Notes: generated by a model not told the origin, from the letters alone. A stretch of DNA of 64,000 bases from Planctomycetota bacterium (GCA_044222185.1 JBGANV010000001.1:480001-544000), one strand, 5' to 3'. Counted from the stretch's first letter, positions 49,521 to 60,489 are shown. Numbers and translations: made by a program.

Positions 49521-51470
49521 ATGACTGGAACCGTCGCGATCCGCCACGCCGTCGTGGGCACGGCAGGACACATCGATCACGGAAAGTCGAGCCTCGTGAA
49601 GGCGCTGACCGGCACCGATCCTGACCGACTGAAGGAAGAGCAGGCGCGAGGTCTGACGATCGATCTGGGGTACGCCGAGTACCGCGCGTCCGATGGTCGC
49701 GACATCGGGCTCATCGACGTGCCAGGCCATGAGCGATTCGTGAGAAACATGGTCGCGGGTGCGACGGGAATCGACGTGGTCATGCTCGTCGTCGCCGCCG
49801 ACGACAGCGTCATGCCGCAAACGCGCGAGCACCTGGAGATCATGCAGATCCTGGGAATCGAACGCGGCTTCATCGTGATGACGAAGATCGACCTCGTGGA
49901 GCCCGGCATGCCGGACCTCGTCGAGGACGAGCTGCGCGAGTTCGTCCGAGGCACGTTCCTCGAGTCCGCCCGCGTCGTGCGGTGCTCGAACGTCACCGGC
50001 GAAGGGCTCGCGGACGTGAAGGCCGAACTGGAACGCATCGTCGCCGAGCTTCCGCCGCGCGATCCCAGCAGCGTCTTCCGGATGCCGGTGCAGAGGAGTT
50101 TCACGATCAGCGGATACGGCACCGTGGTGACCGGAGTCCCGCTTTCGGGTCGAATCCGGCCGGGCGACGAGTTGGAAGTGCTTCCGCAGACCGTCCGATG
50201 CCGAGTCCGCGGGCTGCAGGTCCACCATCGCGCCGCCGACGAGGGCTGCGAAGGCCATCGCGTCGCGGTGAACGTGACCGACATCAACTACAAGGACGTG
50301 CGCCGCGGCGACGTCCTCGCCACTCCCGGGCTCTTTCAGCCGACGACGCTCGTCGAGGTTCGATTCCGGCTGCTTCCGTCGTGGCGAGAGCCACTGGAGA
50401 CGCATGCGTCCGTGCGATTCCACGTAGGTTGCACGGAGGTCCTGGGAACGCTGGTCCTGCTCGAACGTCGGCAGGTCGAGCCCGATGAGAGCATTCTAGC
50501 GCAGGTGCGGCTCGACGAGCCCGTCGTCGTCGCGCCGGGCGACCACTACTTGCTTCGTCTCGCGTCGCCCGAGAAGACACTCGGAGGTGGCGTGGTGCTC
50601 GGCGAGACACGCTACCGCCAGAAGCAGGGCAAGGAGTGGGTTGCGCAGAACCTCGCGCTGAAGGAGCGGTCGCTCGGCGATCTGGCCGTCTACCTCGAAG
50701 CCGTGGTCCGTGGCGAGGGGCTTCACCCGATCGCTCCGGACAAGTTGTCCGCGATCGTTCACGAGACTCCCGATCGCGTCGCTGCAGTCATGCGCGATCT
50801 CGCGGCTAAGGGGCGGCTCACGGAGATCGCCGGGACCCGCGACGTCCTGCACGCCGAATCCGTCACGGTCGGCGGCGGTGAGGTGGAGAAGGCGTTGCTC
50901 GCCCTCCACGAGAAGAACCACTACGCCTACGGGTTCACCGTGTTCGAGGTGTCGTCCGCGGTCCGGCACGTCCCCGCCGTCGTCGAGATGTTCATCCGGG
51001 ATTGTCTCGCGCGGAAGACGGTCGAGCGCCAGGCGGATCAGTATCGGCTGCGGTCGTTCAAGGGCGGGTTGTCGCAGGAAGATCGGCGTCTCATCGGTTG
51101 GGTGGAGGACAAGCTGCGGAGCGGCGGTCTGGCGACGGTGTCGCCGGCCGACATGGCCAAGGAGCTCCAACGCCCCGAGAAGCGCGTCCTGAACCTCGTG
51201 ACGATGCTCGAGGCGCAGGGGCGCGCGAAGACCGTCGCCGAGGGCGTCGTGTTGCATCGTGACGCGATCAAGGCCGCGCGCGACAAGGTCGTGGAACATT
51301 GCCAGGCCCACGGGGAGCTCGCCTCCAACTTCGCGAAGGAGCTCTTCGGCGGTGCAACGCGCAAGTACGTGATCCCCCTGCTCGAGTACTTCGACGCCCT
51401 GGGGCTCACCGTGCGCAACGAGTCGGCGCGGCGTCTGAAGCCGGGTTACGAGAACGTGCTCGCGGAATGA
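49521..51470 (+). CDS. selB: Selenocysteine-specific elongation factor
   Basis: [42 protein letters not shown]-terminal winged helix [13 protein letters not shown]. Confidence 0.96.
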   Translation: MTGTVAIRHAVVGTAGHIDHGKSSLVKALTGTDPDRLKEEQARGLTIDLGYAEYRASDGRDIGLIDVPGHERFVRNMVAGATGIDVVMLVVAADDSVMPQTREHLEIMQILGIERGFIVMTKIDLVEPGMPDLVEDELREFVRGTFLESARVVRCSNVTGEGLADVKAELERIVAELPPRDPSSVFRMPVQRSFTISGYGTVVTGVPLSGRIRPGDELEVLPQTVRCRVRGLQVHHRAADEGCEGHRVAVNVTDINYKDVRRGDVLATPGLFQPTTLVEVRFRLLPSWREPLETHASVRFHVGCTEVLGTLVLLERRQVEPDESILAQVRLDEPVVVAPGDHYLLRLASPEKTLGGGVVLGETRYRQKQGKEWVAQNLALKERSLGDLAVYLEAVVRGEGLHPIAPDKLSAIVHETPDRVAAVMRDLAAKGRLTEIAGTRDVLHAESVTVGGGEVEKALLALHEKNHYAYGFTVFEVSSAVRHVPAVVEMFIRDCLARKTVERQADQYRLRSFKGGLSQEDRRLIGWVEDKLRSGGLATVSPADMAKELQRPEKRVLNLVTMLEAQGRAKTVAEGVVLHRDAIKAARDKVVEHCQAHGELASNFAKELFGGATRKYVIPLLEYFDALGLTVRNESARRLKPGYENVLAE

Positions 51471-51503
51471 CGGGGGCACGACGGCGTTCCCGGCGCCTGC
51501 GCA

Positions 51504-53357
51504 TCACTCGGACCGCGGCTCGTCCTCGTCGCCGGGAGCGGCGTCCTGAGGCTTGGCCTCGTCGGTCGGATGGATCCGGAACAGCGACGTCGCGCCAGCC
51601 GGTGCGTTGGTGGGGCGTTGGAGGATGACCGTGAATCCGGAGCGCACGGCGATCTCGCTTCGCACCCTGGCGAGCTCGTGATCCACCAGGTCTTCCCGGA
51701 CGTCGAGCTCCGAGAGGAGGTGCCGCGCCAATTCGGCCGCGACCTCGCACTCCTCGTAGGACACGTGGGACGCCCCTGCCTGCTCGAGACCCTTGCGTTC
51801 ATCCAGGTACCGGGCGCGGGACATGATCATGACGCTCGGGTTGATCGCGCGTGCGGACGTGATGATGGGGGCGCGGCTCGCGAAGTCGGGAAGCGTGATG
51901 ATCAGGTAGCGGGCCTCGGCCACGCCTGCAGCCAGGAGGATCTCGCGGCGCCCGGCGTCACCGAAGATCGCATCCCGCCCCATGGACTGAAGCCGTTGAA
52001 CCGTGTCGAGCTTCAACTCCACGACGCAGGGGCGGACGCCGAACCGGATGAGGATCTTGCAGAGCGTGCGGCCGACCGGGCCGTATCCCACGACGATCGC
52101 GCGAGTCGGCGGTGCCTTGTCGACGGTGCCCGTCTTGGCGGTGTGACCCCTCGGCGCGGGCTTCACGGGAGCCGGGGGCTCGGCGCCTCCGCCGAGGCGC
52201 CTGGAAACCCACTGACCGAACGTGCGGCTACGGGAGACGAGCGCTGGTGCGACGAGCATCGTCAGCACGGACAACGCGATGAGGAGCTGGTGAGCGTCGT
52301 TGCCGAGAAGCCCGCCCTTCTTCGTCGCCGCAGCGAGGACGAATGCGAACTCTCCGACCTGGGAAAGTGCGAGGCCGCCGCCCGCCGCGATGCTCCACGG
52401 GAAGCGGAACAGGCGGAAGGTGATCGCGCCGAGCACGGTCTTCAGGGCGACGACCACGACGAGACCGAAGACCATCAGAGGCAGGTGCGAGGTGACGTAG
52501 GCGAGGTCCATCAGCATGCCGACGGTCACGAAGAAGAACGCGAGCGCGAGGTTCTTGACCGTCGTGAGGTCGGCACGGATCTGGTGCGAGTAGGGGCTGT
52601 CGGAAAGGACGAGCCCCGCGAGGAAGGCTCCCAGGGCAGGGCTGGCGCCCGCCCGTTGGGCGAGGACGGCGACCGCGAGGCACGCCCCGAGGCTGCAGAG
52701 TGCGAATGCCTCCTGGTTGCGCGCGACGGCCAGTGTTCGGAACGCCCACGGCAGCGCGCGCCGGCCGACGAGGAACAGGGTCGGGAGGGCCACGATCATG
52801 ATCCCGAAGGTCGCTGCCGGGGGGAGCCCTGAGCTCGATTCGGGGTCGGGCGGCAGGACGAGCGGAAGCGCTGCCACGACGAGCAGCGCAGCGATGTCCT
52901 GGCCGAGAAGAATGGCGAGGGAGGCGTAGGCCGTCGTGGAGTCGCTCTCGCGACGCTCCTCGAACGACTTCATGACGATGGCCGTGGAAGAGAGCGCCAT
53001 GGCGATGCCGACCACGAGCGACTCGGTGGGCCGCAGGCCCAACGCCAGGCACCCGCCGCCGGTGCCGGCCGCCGTGAGCACGATCTGCGTCAGCGTTCCG
53101 AGGGTCGCGAACCGGAGCATGGACTTCAGCGCCTCGAAGTGGAACTCGAGGCCGATGAAGAACAGCAGGAGGATCACCCCGATCTCGGAGAAATGCTCGA
53201 CCGCCTCTCCGCTCGGCATGATTCCGAAGACACTCGGTCCGACGAGAACCCCGAGCGCCAGGTATGCGACGACGGCCGACTGCCGGAGCTTCTGCACCGT
53301 CCAAACGAGAACGGCTGCAAGCAACGTGACGGCGGCGATCTTGCTGAAGAGGTCCAT
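51504..53357 (-). CDS. CPA2 monovalent cation:proton antiporter with TrkA-N/KTN domain (Kef-like)
   Basis: LLFFIGLE, LSSTAIV, QD, LGAFLAG, FFVTVG, SQVGEFAF; GYGPVG and FGDA Rossmann motifs. Confidence 0.93.
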   Translation of the reverse strand: MDLFSKIAAVTLLAAVLVWTVQKLRQSAVVAYLALGVLVGPSVFGIMPSGEAVEHFSEIGVILLLFFIGLEFHFEALKSMLRFATLGTLTQIVLTAAGTGGGCLALGLRPTESLVVGIAMALSSTAIVMKSFEERRESDSTTAYASLAILLGQDIAALLVVAALPLVLPPDPESSSGLPPAATFGIMIVALPTLFLVGRRALPWAFRTLAVARNQEAFALCSLGACLAVAVLAQRAGASPALGAFLAGLVLSDSPYSHQIRADLTTVKNLALAFFFVTVGMLMDLAYVTSHLPLMVFGLVVVVALKTVLGAITFRLFRFPWSIAAGGGLALSQVGEFAFVLAAATKKGGLLGNDAHQLLIALSVLTMLVAPALVSRSRTFGQWVSRRLGGGAEPPAPVKPAPRGHTAKTGTVDKAPPTRAIVVGYGPVGRTLCKILIRFGVRPCVVELKLDTVQRLQSMGRDAIFGDAGRREILLAAGVAEARYLIITLPDFASRAPIITSARAINPSVMIMSRARYLDERKGLEQAGASHVSYEECEVAAELARHLLSELDVREDLVDHELARVRSEIAVRSGFTVILQRPTNAPAGATSLFRIHPTDEAKPQDAAPGDEDEPRSE

Positions 53358-53378
53358 CCGGATTCTCGATCCGGGAGT

Positions 53379-54329
53379 CTACTGCCCCGGATCGGGGATT
53401 CCGACGGACCGCCCGGTCTCCAGAAACGCGGCGGTGAGCGCGCGAATCTCAGCGTCGAGCTTCTTGGCCAGCGCCATGGCCGCGGAGCCGGCGTCAGGTA
53501 AGGCGTTCAGCAGCGCCGTTTTCACGGACTCGGTTTCCTTGGTCAGCGAACCGGCCTTCAGTGAGCGGGCGGACGCGAGCGCGTCGACGGCGGATTGAGT
53601 CAGCTTGGCCTCGCCGACCTTCGCGGCGATCGACTCGGCCCATTGCAGACGTGCGTGGAACTGCTTCGTCCGGTCGTCCGCACGGTGGACTTCCGCCGAC
53701 AGTGCGGAGAATTCGCTCGTCAGGCGTGCACCGGTTTCGTTCGCGCGCTGGAGCGCCGCGGCACCGATCTTGAACTCGGTTTCACCGTCGGCGTTCCCGG
53801 CGACGAGTTTGTCCAGGGCTCCGTCGACGTGCTTCATTCCCAGATCGATCTCGCTGACCCATGCGTCGTAGCGCACGTGAAGCGGCGAGGCGTTTCCGCC
53901 AAGGTCGTCGAGGAGAGGGTGGAGCTGACCGAGGTACGTGTGAATCCGGTCGGAGGCGCCGACGATCGTCAAGACGTTCGTCGTCGCGTCGTCCAATCGC
54001 GTGGACGCTGGAACGAAGAGCGCTTCTCCGCGCCGGATGAGATCCGCACGACCCGCCGCATCGGTCGCGCCTCCGGCCTGGGTGACGAAGGCCCGCAGGT
54101 TGTCCGTGCGCGCGCGACACCGCGAGGCGAAGCGGAGTTTAGGGAACCACTCGAGTCGCAGCAGCATTTCGCCCTTCGACGCGGCGCCGTCGGCTCGCAT
54201 GGCGAGGGAGCGGAGCGTCGCCTGCGTGGTGTCGGCCGGAGCGGGCGAGGCCTGGTCTCCGCATCCGGCCACGCACAGGAGGGCAGCGATCGCGCACGCA
54301 GTGAGGGCGTCGATGCCGATGCGGTTCAC
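53379..54329 (-). CDS. Hypothetical helical lipoprotein
   Basis: GTG start overlapping the purQ stop; lipobox VAGC; Ala/Leu-rich helical body. Confidence 0.7.
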   Translation of the reverse strand: MNRIGIDALTACAIAALLCVAGCGDQASPAPADTTQATLRSLAMRADGAASKGEMLLRLEWFPKLRFASRCRARTDNLRAFVTQAGGATDAAGRADLIRRGEALFVPASTRLDDATTNVLTIVGASDRIHTYLGQLHPLLDDLGGNASPLHVRYDAWVSEIDLGMKHVDGALDKLVAGNADGETEFKIGAAALQRANETGARLTSEFSALSAEVHRADDRTKQFHARLQWAESIAAKVGEAKLTQSAVDALASARSLKAGSLTKETESVKTALLNALPDAGSAAMALAKKLDAEIRALTAAFLETGRSVGIPDPGQ

Positions 54330-55105
54330 CGCATGGCCCTCACGGCAGCACGGAACACGGACAGTCCGTCGCCCTCCGAACGCTCGGGGCCACGGGTCCA
54401 CCGTGGGTGCTGGTAGCCGAACAGGAATCGTTCCGGGTGGGGCATGAGCCCCATGACGCGGCCCGTCGCATCGCACACGCCCGCGACGTCGCCCATGGAG
54501 CCGTTGGGGTTCTCGGGATAGACGGGCTTACCGCCGTCCGCGGCGACGTACGTCAGCCAGACCTGGCCCGACTCCTCCAGCGCGCGCAGGTCATCCTCGG
54601 TTCGCGTGACGAACTTGCCTTCGCCGTGTGCGACGGGAAGCTCGAGCGTTGCGCCGTCGGTCTCGACGAACACGCAACGAGCGCCGTTGGTCCGCACGCG
54701 GACCCATCGATCCTCGTAGCGGTGCGAGTCGTTCCAGTAGAGCGTGGCCTGGACCTCGGCGCCGTTGGCGAGGCGACCAGGGAGAAGGCCCGTCTTGATC
54801 AGCACCTGGAACCCGTTGCAGATGCCCAGCACGAGCCCCCCACGATCCACGAACGCGCGCAGCGCGTCGCCGACCACCATCGTGAGTTCCGTCGCGAGGA
54901 TCTTTCCCGCGGCGACGTCGTCGCCGTAGGAGAAGCCACCGGGGATCGCCAGCGCGCCGAAATCGTCGAGCTTGCCCGGAGACTCCAGGAGCTGATTCAG
55001 GTGAACCTGCTCGGCCTGCGCGCCGGCGAGTTCGAACGCGTAGGCCGTTTCATCGTTGCAGTTGATCCCGGCGCAGCGAAGCACCATCACCTTCGGTCGG
55101 CTCAT
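54326..55105 (-). CDS. purQ: FGAM synthase glutaminase subunit
   Basis: G.NC, IPGGFSYGD, LGICNGFQ, PVAHGEG, NPNGS, GLMPHPER. Confidence 0.96.
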   Translation of the reverse strand: MSRPKVMVLRCAGINCNDETAYAFELAGAQAEQVHLNQLLESPGKLDDFGALAIPGGFSYGDDVAAGKILATELTMVVGDALRAFVDRGGLVLGICNGFQVLIKTGLLPGRLANGAEVQATLYWNDSHRYEDRWVRVRTNGARCVFVETDGATLELPVAHGEGKFVTRTEDDLRALEESGQVWLTYVAADGGKPVYPENPNGSMGDVAGVCDATGRVMGLMPHPERFLFGYQHPRWTRGPERSEGDGLSVFRAAVRAMR

Positions 55106-55138
55106 CGTCTCTCCACGAATTCGGCTGTGCGCGCGTGA

Positions 55139-58042
55139 CTACCGGTCATGGGCTGCGACACCTTCGAGTCTGCGAGTGAGTGGCGGACGCCAGCACGCTT
55201 CGAGGACACCTGCCTCGGCCTTCACGCGCGCCTTCCCGTTCTTGCCGATGACGTGGAGCCGCGGGTCATGCGTCGTCTCACCGACGATCGCGAAGGGCAG
55301 GCCGTTCATCGTGCGCTCGAACGCGGTCACGTGTTCCGGTGCCACTTCGACGAGGAATCGTGTGAGACTCTCGGAGAACGCCCGGTGCAGATCCGAAAGC
55401 CTCGGGTCGGCGACTGGCATCCGCGTCAGGTCGATCCGGGCGCCGATCTCGCCGGAAAGGACCATTTCGGCCGCGGCCGTCACGATCCCGCCTTCCGACA
55501 GGTCGTGGCATGCGCGCACGAGGCCGCCGGCGATCGCCGTGTGAAGCGCAGCGAAGATCTTCCTCGCCCGCGCACCATCCAGCCGCGGGACTCCTGCTCC
55601 CACGCGCTTGTGGATGAGGGCGTAATGCGAGCCTCCCATCTCCGCCCGCGTCTCGCCCACGATGAAGAGGCGGTTGCCCGGCTCCTTCAGGTCCATCGTC
55701 GCGGCATGCCGCACGTCCTCGACGATGCCCAGGGCCGTCACGAGGAGCGAATGCGGGATGACGATCGTCCGATCGCCCACCTGGTACTCGTTGTTGAGGG
55801 AGTCCTTCCCGGAGACGAACGGCGTACCCAGCGCGACCGCTGCGTCGTGGCACCCCTGCGAACATCGGACCAGCGCTCCGAGGCGATCCGGCTTCGAGGT
55901 GTTGCCCCAGGAGAAGTTGTCGAGAATGGCGATCTGCGCGGGGTCGGCTCCGACGCAGACGACGTTGCGTACGGCTTCGTCGATCGCCGCCTCCGCCATC
56001 GCGTAGGGATCGATGTCGCCGAATCGCGGGTTCATCCCGTTTCCGAGCGCGAAGCCGCGCGTCGAGCCAGGCTTCGGTGCGACGACCGCGGCGTCGGATG
56101 GGCCGTGGTGATGCGTGCCGACGAGCGGCTTGACGACGGATCCGGCGAGCACTTCATGGTCGTACTGCCTGATGATCCATTCCTTGCTGGCGACGTTCGG
56201 TGACGCGAGGATCTTCAGCAGATCCCCAGTGAACTCCTCCGACTCCGGGAGCGGCGCGGCGTCGGCCGGCGGATTCGTCCACGTGGCGTCGCGCACGATC
56301 TTCGGCACGCCCTTGTGGAGGAAGGTCATGTCGATGTCCGCGTGTCGCGTGGACCCGTGGTTCACTTCGAGGCGACCCGTTCCCGTGAACTCCCCGAGGA
56401 TCGCCATCTCGACGTCCTCGACACGACAGAGTTCGGCGAGTGCGTCCACGTGCTCGGGCGGAACGGCGAGCACCATGCGCTCCTGAGCCTCGGAGATCCA
56501 GATCTCGGCAGGGGAGAGGCCCTCGTACTTCAGCGGGGCCGTCTCGAGCGTGACGCGTGCGCCGCACGCCTCGCCCATCTCGCCGACGGCGGACGAGAAT
56601 CCGCCGGCGCCGCAGTCGGTGATCGCGCGGAAGAGACCACGGTCGCGAGCCTGGATGACGACGTCGGCGACCTTCTTCTCCGTGATGGCGTTGCCGATCT
56701 GCACGGCGCCCGAGTCGACGCGCTCCGACTCCTCGTGCAGCTCCGTCGAGGAGAACGTTGCGCCGTGGATCCCGTCGCGCCCCGTGCGACCGCCGATGGC
56801 GACGATTCGATCGCCCGGTCGGACCTCCTTCGTCACGGCCGTCTGCGGGAGCATGCCGACGGTCCCGCAATACACGAGCGGGTTGCCGACGTAGCGCTCG
56901 TCGAAGAACACGGCGCCGTTCACCGTCGGGATCCCCATCTGGTTCCCGTAGTCGCGGACACCGGAGACGATGCCGCGAAGGATGCGAAGTGGATGAAGCG
57001 CGCCCTTGGGAACGGAGTCTGCTGCCATGTCGAGCGGTCCGACGCAGAAGACGTCGAGGTTCGCGACGGGTTTCGCTCCTCGTCCGGTCCCGAGCACGTC
57101 GCGGATCACACCGCCGAGTCCCGTTCCGGCGCCGCCGTACGGCTCGATGGCGCTCGGATGGTTGTGGGTCTCGACCTTGATGCAGAGCGCGTCCTGATCG
57201 TCGAAGCGGATCACTCCGGCGTTGTCGTGAAAGACCGACAGACACATGGGATGCGCGATCGTCTCGGTCGCGGCCTTGATCGTGCGCGCGAGAAGGTTGT
57301 CGATGACTTCGCCGTTGAAGCGGACCTGGCCGGCGAGCGTCTTGTGCTTGCAGTGCTCGGACCAGGTCTGTGCGAGCGTCTCGAGCTCCAGGTCGGTCGG
57401 GTTGCGACCGAGCTGGCGGAAGTGGGCCTGGATCGCCTGCATCTCCGCGAGGGTCAGGGCCAGTCCTCCCGTCTTCGAGATCTGGAGGAGGGTCGCGTCC
57501 GAGGCGTCGACCACTGGCACCTCGACCCGGGGGAAGCTCCGCGCCGCCGGCGCCCGCAGCTCGGGGAGGCGATCATCGCCTACGTGGATGTCCTCGATCG
57601 CCGTGTTGGCGAGGAACGCCTCGCCGATCCGCCGCAGAAGGACCGGATCCGTCGTGCCATGGAACACGTAGGCCGTACCGGTTCGGACGGACGTGAGCGG
57701 CAGCCCAAGCCGCGACGCGCCACGGCGGATGGAGGCTTCGACCGGGTCCATGACGCCAGGCTTGCGGAACACGGCGACGACGTTCGGGGCCGCCCCCGAG
57801 TAGCCGGTGTGGTCGTGAACGTGGGACCGCTCGACGACCGGGTCCGTCAGCAGCCGATCGGCGATGGTCGCGGCGCCGTCCCTGGCGATGTCGCCCGACA
57901 AAAGGAAGAGGCGCCGGGTCCTGACGGTGATCGGGTCCTTGATCCCGAGCCAGGCGAGGTTCGCCTCCACCTTCTTTCCGACTGCATCCGGGAGCTCAGA
58001 CAAAACCTCGACTGCGATCTGCCAGGAAGCAGTTCTCACCAC
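55139..58042 (-). CDS. purL: FGAM synthase subunit PurL with two fused N-terminal PurS-like domains
   Basis: QTWSEHCKHK, KVETHNHPSA, TGRDGIHGA, SEAQERM, SGKDSLNN, HDLSEGG. N-terminal LLTDPVVE and LANTAIE PurS-like ends. GGAG upstream of GTG 58042/58039. Confidence 0.95.
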   Translation of the reverse strand: MVRTASWQIAVEVLSELPDAVGKKVEANLAWLGIKDPITVRTRRLFLLSGDIARDGAATIADRLLTDPVVERSHVHDHTGYSGAAPNVVAVFRKPGVMDPVEASIRRGASRLGLPLTSVRTGTAYVFHGTTDPVLLRRIGEAFLANTAIEDIHVGDDRLPELRAPAARSFPRVEVPVVDASDATLLQISKTGGLALTLAEMQAIQAHFRQLGRNPTDLELETLAQTWSEHCKHKTLAGQVRFNGEVIDNLLARTIKAATETIAHPMCLSVFHDNAGVIRFDDQDALCIKVETHNHPSAIEPYGGAGTGLGGVIRDVLGTGRGAKPVANLDVFCVGPLDMAADSVPKGALHPLRILRGIVSGVRDYGNQMGIPTVNGAVFFDERYVGNPLVYCGTVGMLPQTAVTKEVRPGDRIVAIGGRTGRDGIHGATFSSTELHEESERVDSGAVQIGNAITEKKVADVVIQARDRGLFRAITDCGAGGFSSAVGEMGEACGARVTLETAPLKYEGLSPAEIWISEAQERMVLAVPPEHVDALAELCRVEDVEMAILGEFTGTGRLEVNHGSTRHADIDMTFLHKGVPKIVRDATWTNPPADAAPLPESEEFTGDLLKILASPNVASKEWIIRQYDHEVLAGSVVKPLVGTHHHGPSDAAVVAPKPGSTRGFALGNGMNPRFGDIDPYAMAEAAIDEAVRNVVCVGADPAQIAILDNFSWGNTSKPDRLGALVRCSQGCHDAAVALGTPFVSGKDSLNNEYQVGDRTIVIPHSLLVTALGIVEDVRHAATMDLKEPGNRLFIVGETRAEMGGSHYALIHKRVGAGVPRLDGARARKIFAALHTAIAGGLVRACHDLSEGGIVTAAAEMVLSGEIGARIDLTRMPVADPRLSDLHRAFSESLTRFLVEVAPEHVTAFERTMNGLPFAIVGETTHDPRLHVIGKNGKARVKAEAGVLEACWRPPLTRRLEGVAAHDR

Positions 58043-58207
58043 GAGGACTCCACCATGGGGAAGCGGTCGCGCCCGGAAGTCGGCCTGCCGGTCGGAGCCG
58101 GGACAGGTGCTCGCCACGGACTTCGCAAGTTGCCTGTGGCGCCGGGATCTCGCGCAGGGACACGCCCGACACGGCGTCGATCGGCCGCTCGCGCGGAAAG
58201 CGGGCGG

Positions 58208-58269
58208 AACGTAGCAGTGAGGGTTATGGGTAGCAACGACTTGTACATGGGCGGGCACACCTCTACGAT
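58208..58269. promoter_or_regulatory. Divergent sigma70 promoters for purL (-) and accA (+)
   Basis: Minus TTGCTA-N17-TACGTT; plus TTGTAC-N17-TACGAT. Confidence 0.5.
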
Positions 58270-58296
58270 TTGCCGCGCCCGGGACCCGAAGGCTGC

Positions 58297-59385
58297 ATGG
58301 CAGACGCCGACAAGAATCGAGACTCGAAGTCCACCGTCGCTCGTGGGACACACCATGTCCTGGACTTCGAGAAACCGATCTTCGAGCTCGAGAAGAAGAT
58401 CGACGAGCTCGAGACCCTCTCGCGCAGCACGGGGATGAACCTCAACGGCGAGGTGAAGCCGCTCAAGGAGCGCCTCTCCACGCTGATCACCGAGGTCTTC
58501 GAGGGGCTCAGCGACTATCAACGGATCCAGGTGGCCCGTCATCAGGCGCGGCCTCTGACCGTCGACTACATCGAGGCCCTCTTCGACGACTTCATCGAAC
58601 TCCATGGCGATCGACAGTTCCGCGATGACCGCGCCATCGTCACCGGTATCGGGCGCTTCGGATCACGTCGAGTGATGGTCGTCGGCCACCGAAAGGGCCG
58701 GGACATCAAGGAGAAGGTGGCCTGCTACTTCGGATGCGCGCACCCGGAAGGGTATCGGAAGGCGCTCCGCAAGATGAAGCTCGCCGAAAAGTTCGGCATG
58801 CCGATCATCACCTTCATCAACACACCTGGTGCCTATCCGGGGATCGGCGCCGAGGAGCGCGGCCAGGCCTGGGCGATCGCCGAGAACCTGCGCGAGATGT
58901 TTGGGATCACGGTGCCGATCATCAGCATCGTGATCGGGGAGGGCGGGTCGGGCGGCGCACTGGGGATCGGCATCGGCGATCGTGTGCTCATGCTCCAGCA
59001 CTCCTACTACTCGGTGATTTCGCCTGAAGGTTGCGCCGCGATCCTGTGGGGCGACTCCAAGCGGGTCGCCGACGCGGCGAAGGCACTGAAGCTCGGCGCG
59101 CGTGATCTGTTCGCCCTCGGCGTCGTCGATGAAGTCGTCGACGAACCCATCGGGGGCGCGCATCGCAATCCCGCGGAGATGTTCGCTCGAGTCCGCGAGC
59201 GCCTGCGGCTGAACCTCGAAGCCGTCGACGCGTTGTCCGTCGAGCAGCGTCTCGAGGAGCGATATCGCAAGTTCCGCCGCATGGGGACGATCTTCGACGT
59301 CCCACCCGCGCGGCCGACGCCTGTGAAGGAAGGCGAGCCACAGGGACCGGACGCTACGGCCTCGAGTGCTGGCGCAGGCGGCTGA
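58297..59385 (+). CDS. accA: Acetyl-CoA carboxylase carboxyltransferase alpha subunit
   Basis: LDFEKPI, ELHGDR.F.DD, PEGYRKALR, TPGAYPGIGAEERGQ, GEGGSGGALG, SVISPEGCAAILW. Confidence 0.97.
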   Translation: MADADKNRDSKSTVARGTHHVLDFEKPIFELEKKIDELETLSRSTGMNLNGEVKPLKERLSTLITEVFEGLSDYQRIQVARHQARPLTVDYIEALFDDFIELHGDRQFRDDRAIVTGIGRFGSRRVMVVGHRKGRDIKEKVACYFGCAHPEGYRKALRKMKLAEKFGMPIITFINTPGAYPGIGAEERGQAWAIAENLREMFGITVPIISIVIGEGGSGGALGIGIGDRVLMLQHSYYSVISPEGCAAILWGDSKRVADAAKALKLGARDLFALGVVDEVVDEPIGGAHRNPAEMFARVRERLRLNLEAVDALSVEQRLEERYRKFRRMGTIFDVPPARPTPVKEGEPQGPDATASSAGAGG

Positions 59386-59407
59386 TCGCACGCCTTGGGG
59401 GTGATCC

Positions 59408-60184
59408 ATGAGAACGGCCGCCAAGATCGTTCCGTTCCTGCTCCTCGGTGTCTTCGGGACGCTGCTCCCGGCGCAGGCTGAGGATCGCGACGCGCTGGCC
59501 GCACGCTTGAAGGCGCGTGTGGACGAGCGCCTCGCGGACATGGTGGTCCAACTCCGTGCGGAGCTTCATCGAGAAATCGATGTGGCGCTCGCCGGTGGAT
59601 CCGCACCATCCGGGCGATTGGACCGCCTGATCGACGACCTGCGTGGCCCGGCTGCGACGGGCGACGCCGGAGGCTCGCGGTCGGCTCCGGCGGGCCCAGG
59701 TGCCGCGTCGAAGTCCACGGCGGCGACCCCGTCCAATCCGCGGTCAAGGTCCGGGGCGACCCAGGCCGAGCCCTCGGCCATCGAATCGGACGGGGCCGCG
59801 CGTGCCCGCCTCGATGCCTTGACGAAACGGGTGGCCGATCTGGAGGCTTCCGGCGCCCCCGCCGAGATCGTGGCGTCACTCCGCACGCGGCTCGAAGGGG
59901 TTCGGTCTGCCATCGAGAACCGGACCGAATCTCCGCCTGCCGCACCGACCCAGCCGTCCCGAGCCCCAGACTCGCGGCCAGTCGCGCAGGTCGGTGATGA
60001 CGTGTTCAAACAGGCATGGGACCGCGCCATGCGGGCCGTCATCGACGGGCGTGGGACCATCGAGACGTCACCGGCCGGCGGATCGTCGCCGGGAGCGCCT
60101 GAATCAAGGCCGTCTCAAAAAAATTCCCAATCCCAGACGACAGGGGGCGTAGGTAAGCTTGGCTCCGAATCACGCTCCCACTGA
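59408..60184 (+). CDS. Hypothetical secreted helical/low-complexity protein
   Basis: Signal peptide (PAQA), coiled-coil segments, Ser/Pro/Ala linkers. Confidence 0.65.
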   Translation: MRTAAKIVPFLLLGVFGTLLPAQAEDRDALAARLKARVDERLADMVVQLRAELHREIDVALAGGSAPSGRLDRLIDDLRGPAATGDAGGSRSAPAGPGAASKSTAATPSNPRSRSGATQAEPSAIESDGAARARLDALTKRVADLEASGAPAEIVASLRTRLEGVRSAIENRTESPPAAPTQPSRAPDSRPVAQVGDDVFKQAWDRAMRAVIDGRGTIETSPAGGSSPGAPESRPSQKNSQSQTTGGVGKLGSESRSH

Positions 60185-60231
60185 GCTGCAACGGGTTGGT
60201 TGAGGTGGTCTCCACCGGGTGAGACAAATGT

Positions 60232-60489
60232 ATGCCGTGTAACAACTTGCGTGGTCAGTTGTCACTGTATGCCGGCCGCGACCTCGACGCCGCGCACGCG
60301 ATGATCGTTGGCCAGCACGTGGACCACTGCCCGAGCTGCGACTCCACCGTCAGCAAATACGGGCAGACGGTTTCTCTCCTTGGGACCTACGGTCGCCTCC
60401 TCGAGTCCCAGCCAGTGCCCCGCACCCTCCTCGGGGGCATCGTGGACCGGCTCTCTCGCGCACCTTTCCCCAAGCGCGACCGCTTCTGA
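60232..60489 (+). CDS. Small zf-HC2 (zinc-binding anti-sigma) domain protein
   Basis: C......LS.Y....L.........HVDHCPSC (HxxxCxxC). Confidence 0.8.
   Translation: MPCNNLRGQLSLYAGRDLDAAHAMIVGQHVDHCPSCDSTVSKYGQTVSLLGTYGRLLESQPVPRTLLGGIVDRLSRAPFPKRDRF

Noticed and set aside
58043-58200. ZTP or PRPP riboswitch upstream of purL
   Set aside because: Conserved aptamer sequences were not found by eye; kept only as a weak structured-leader note.
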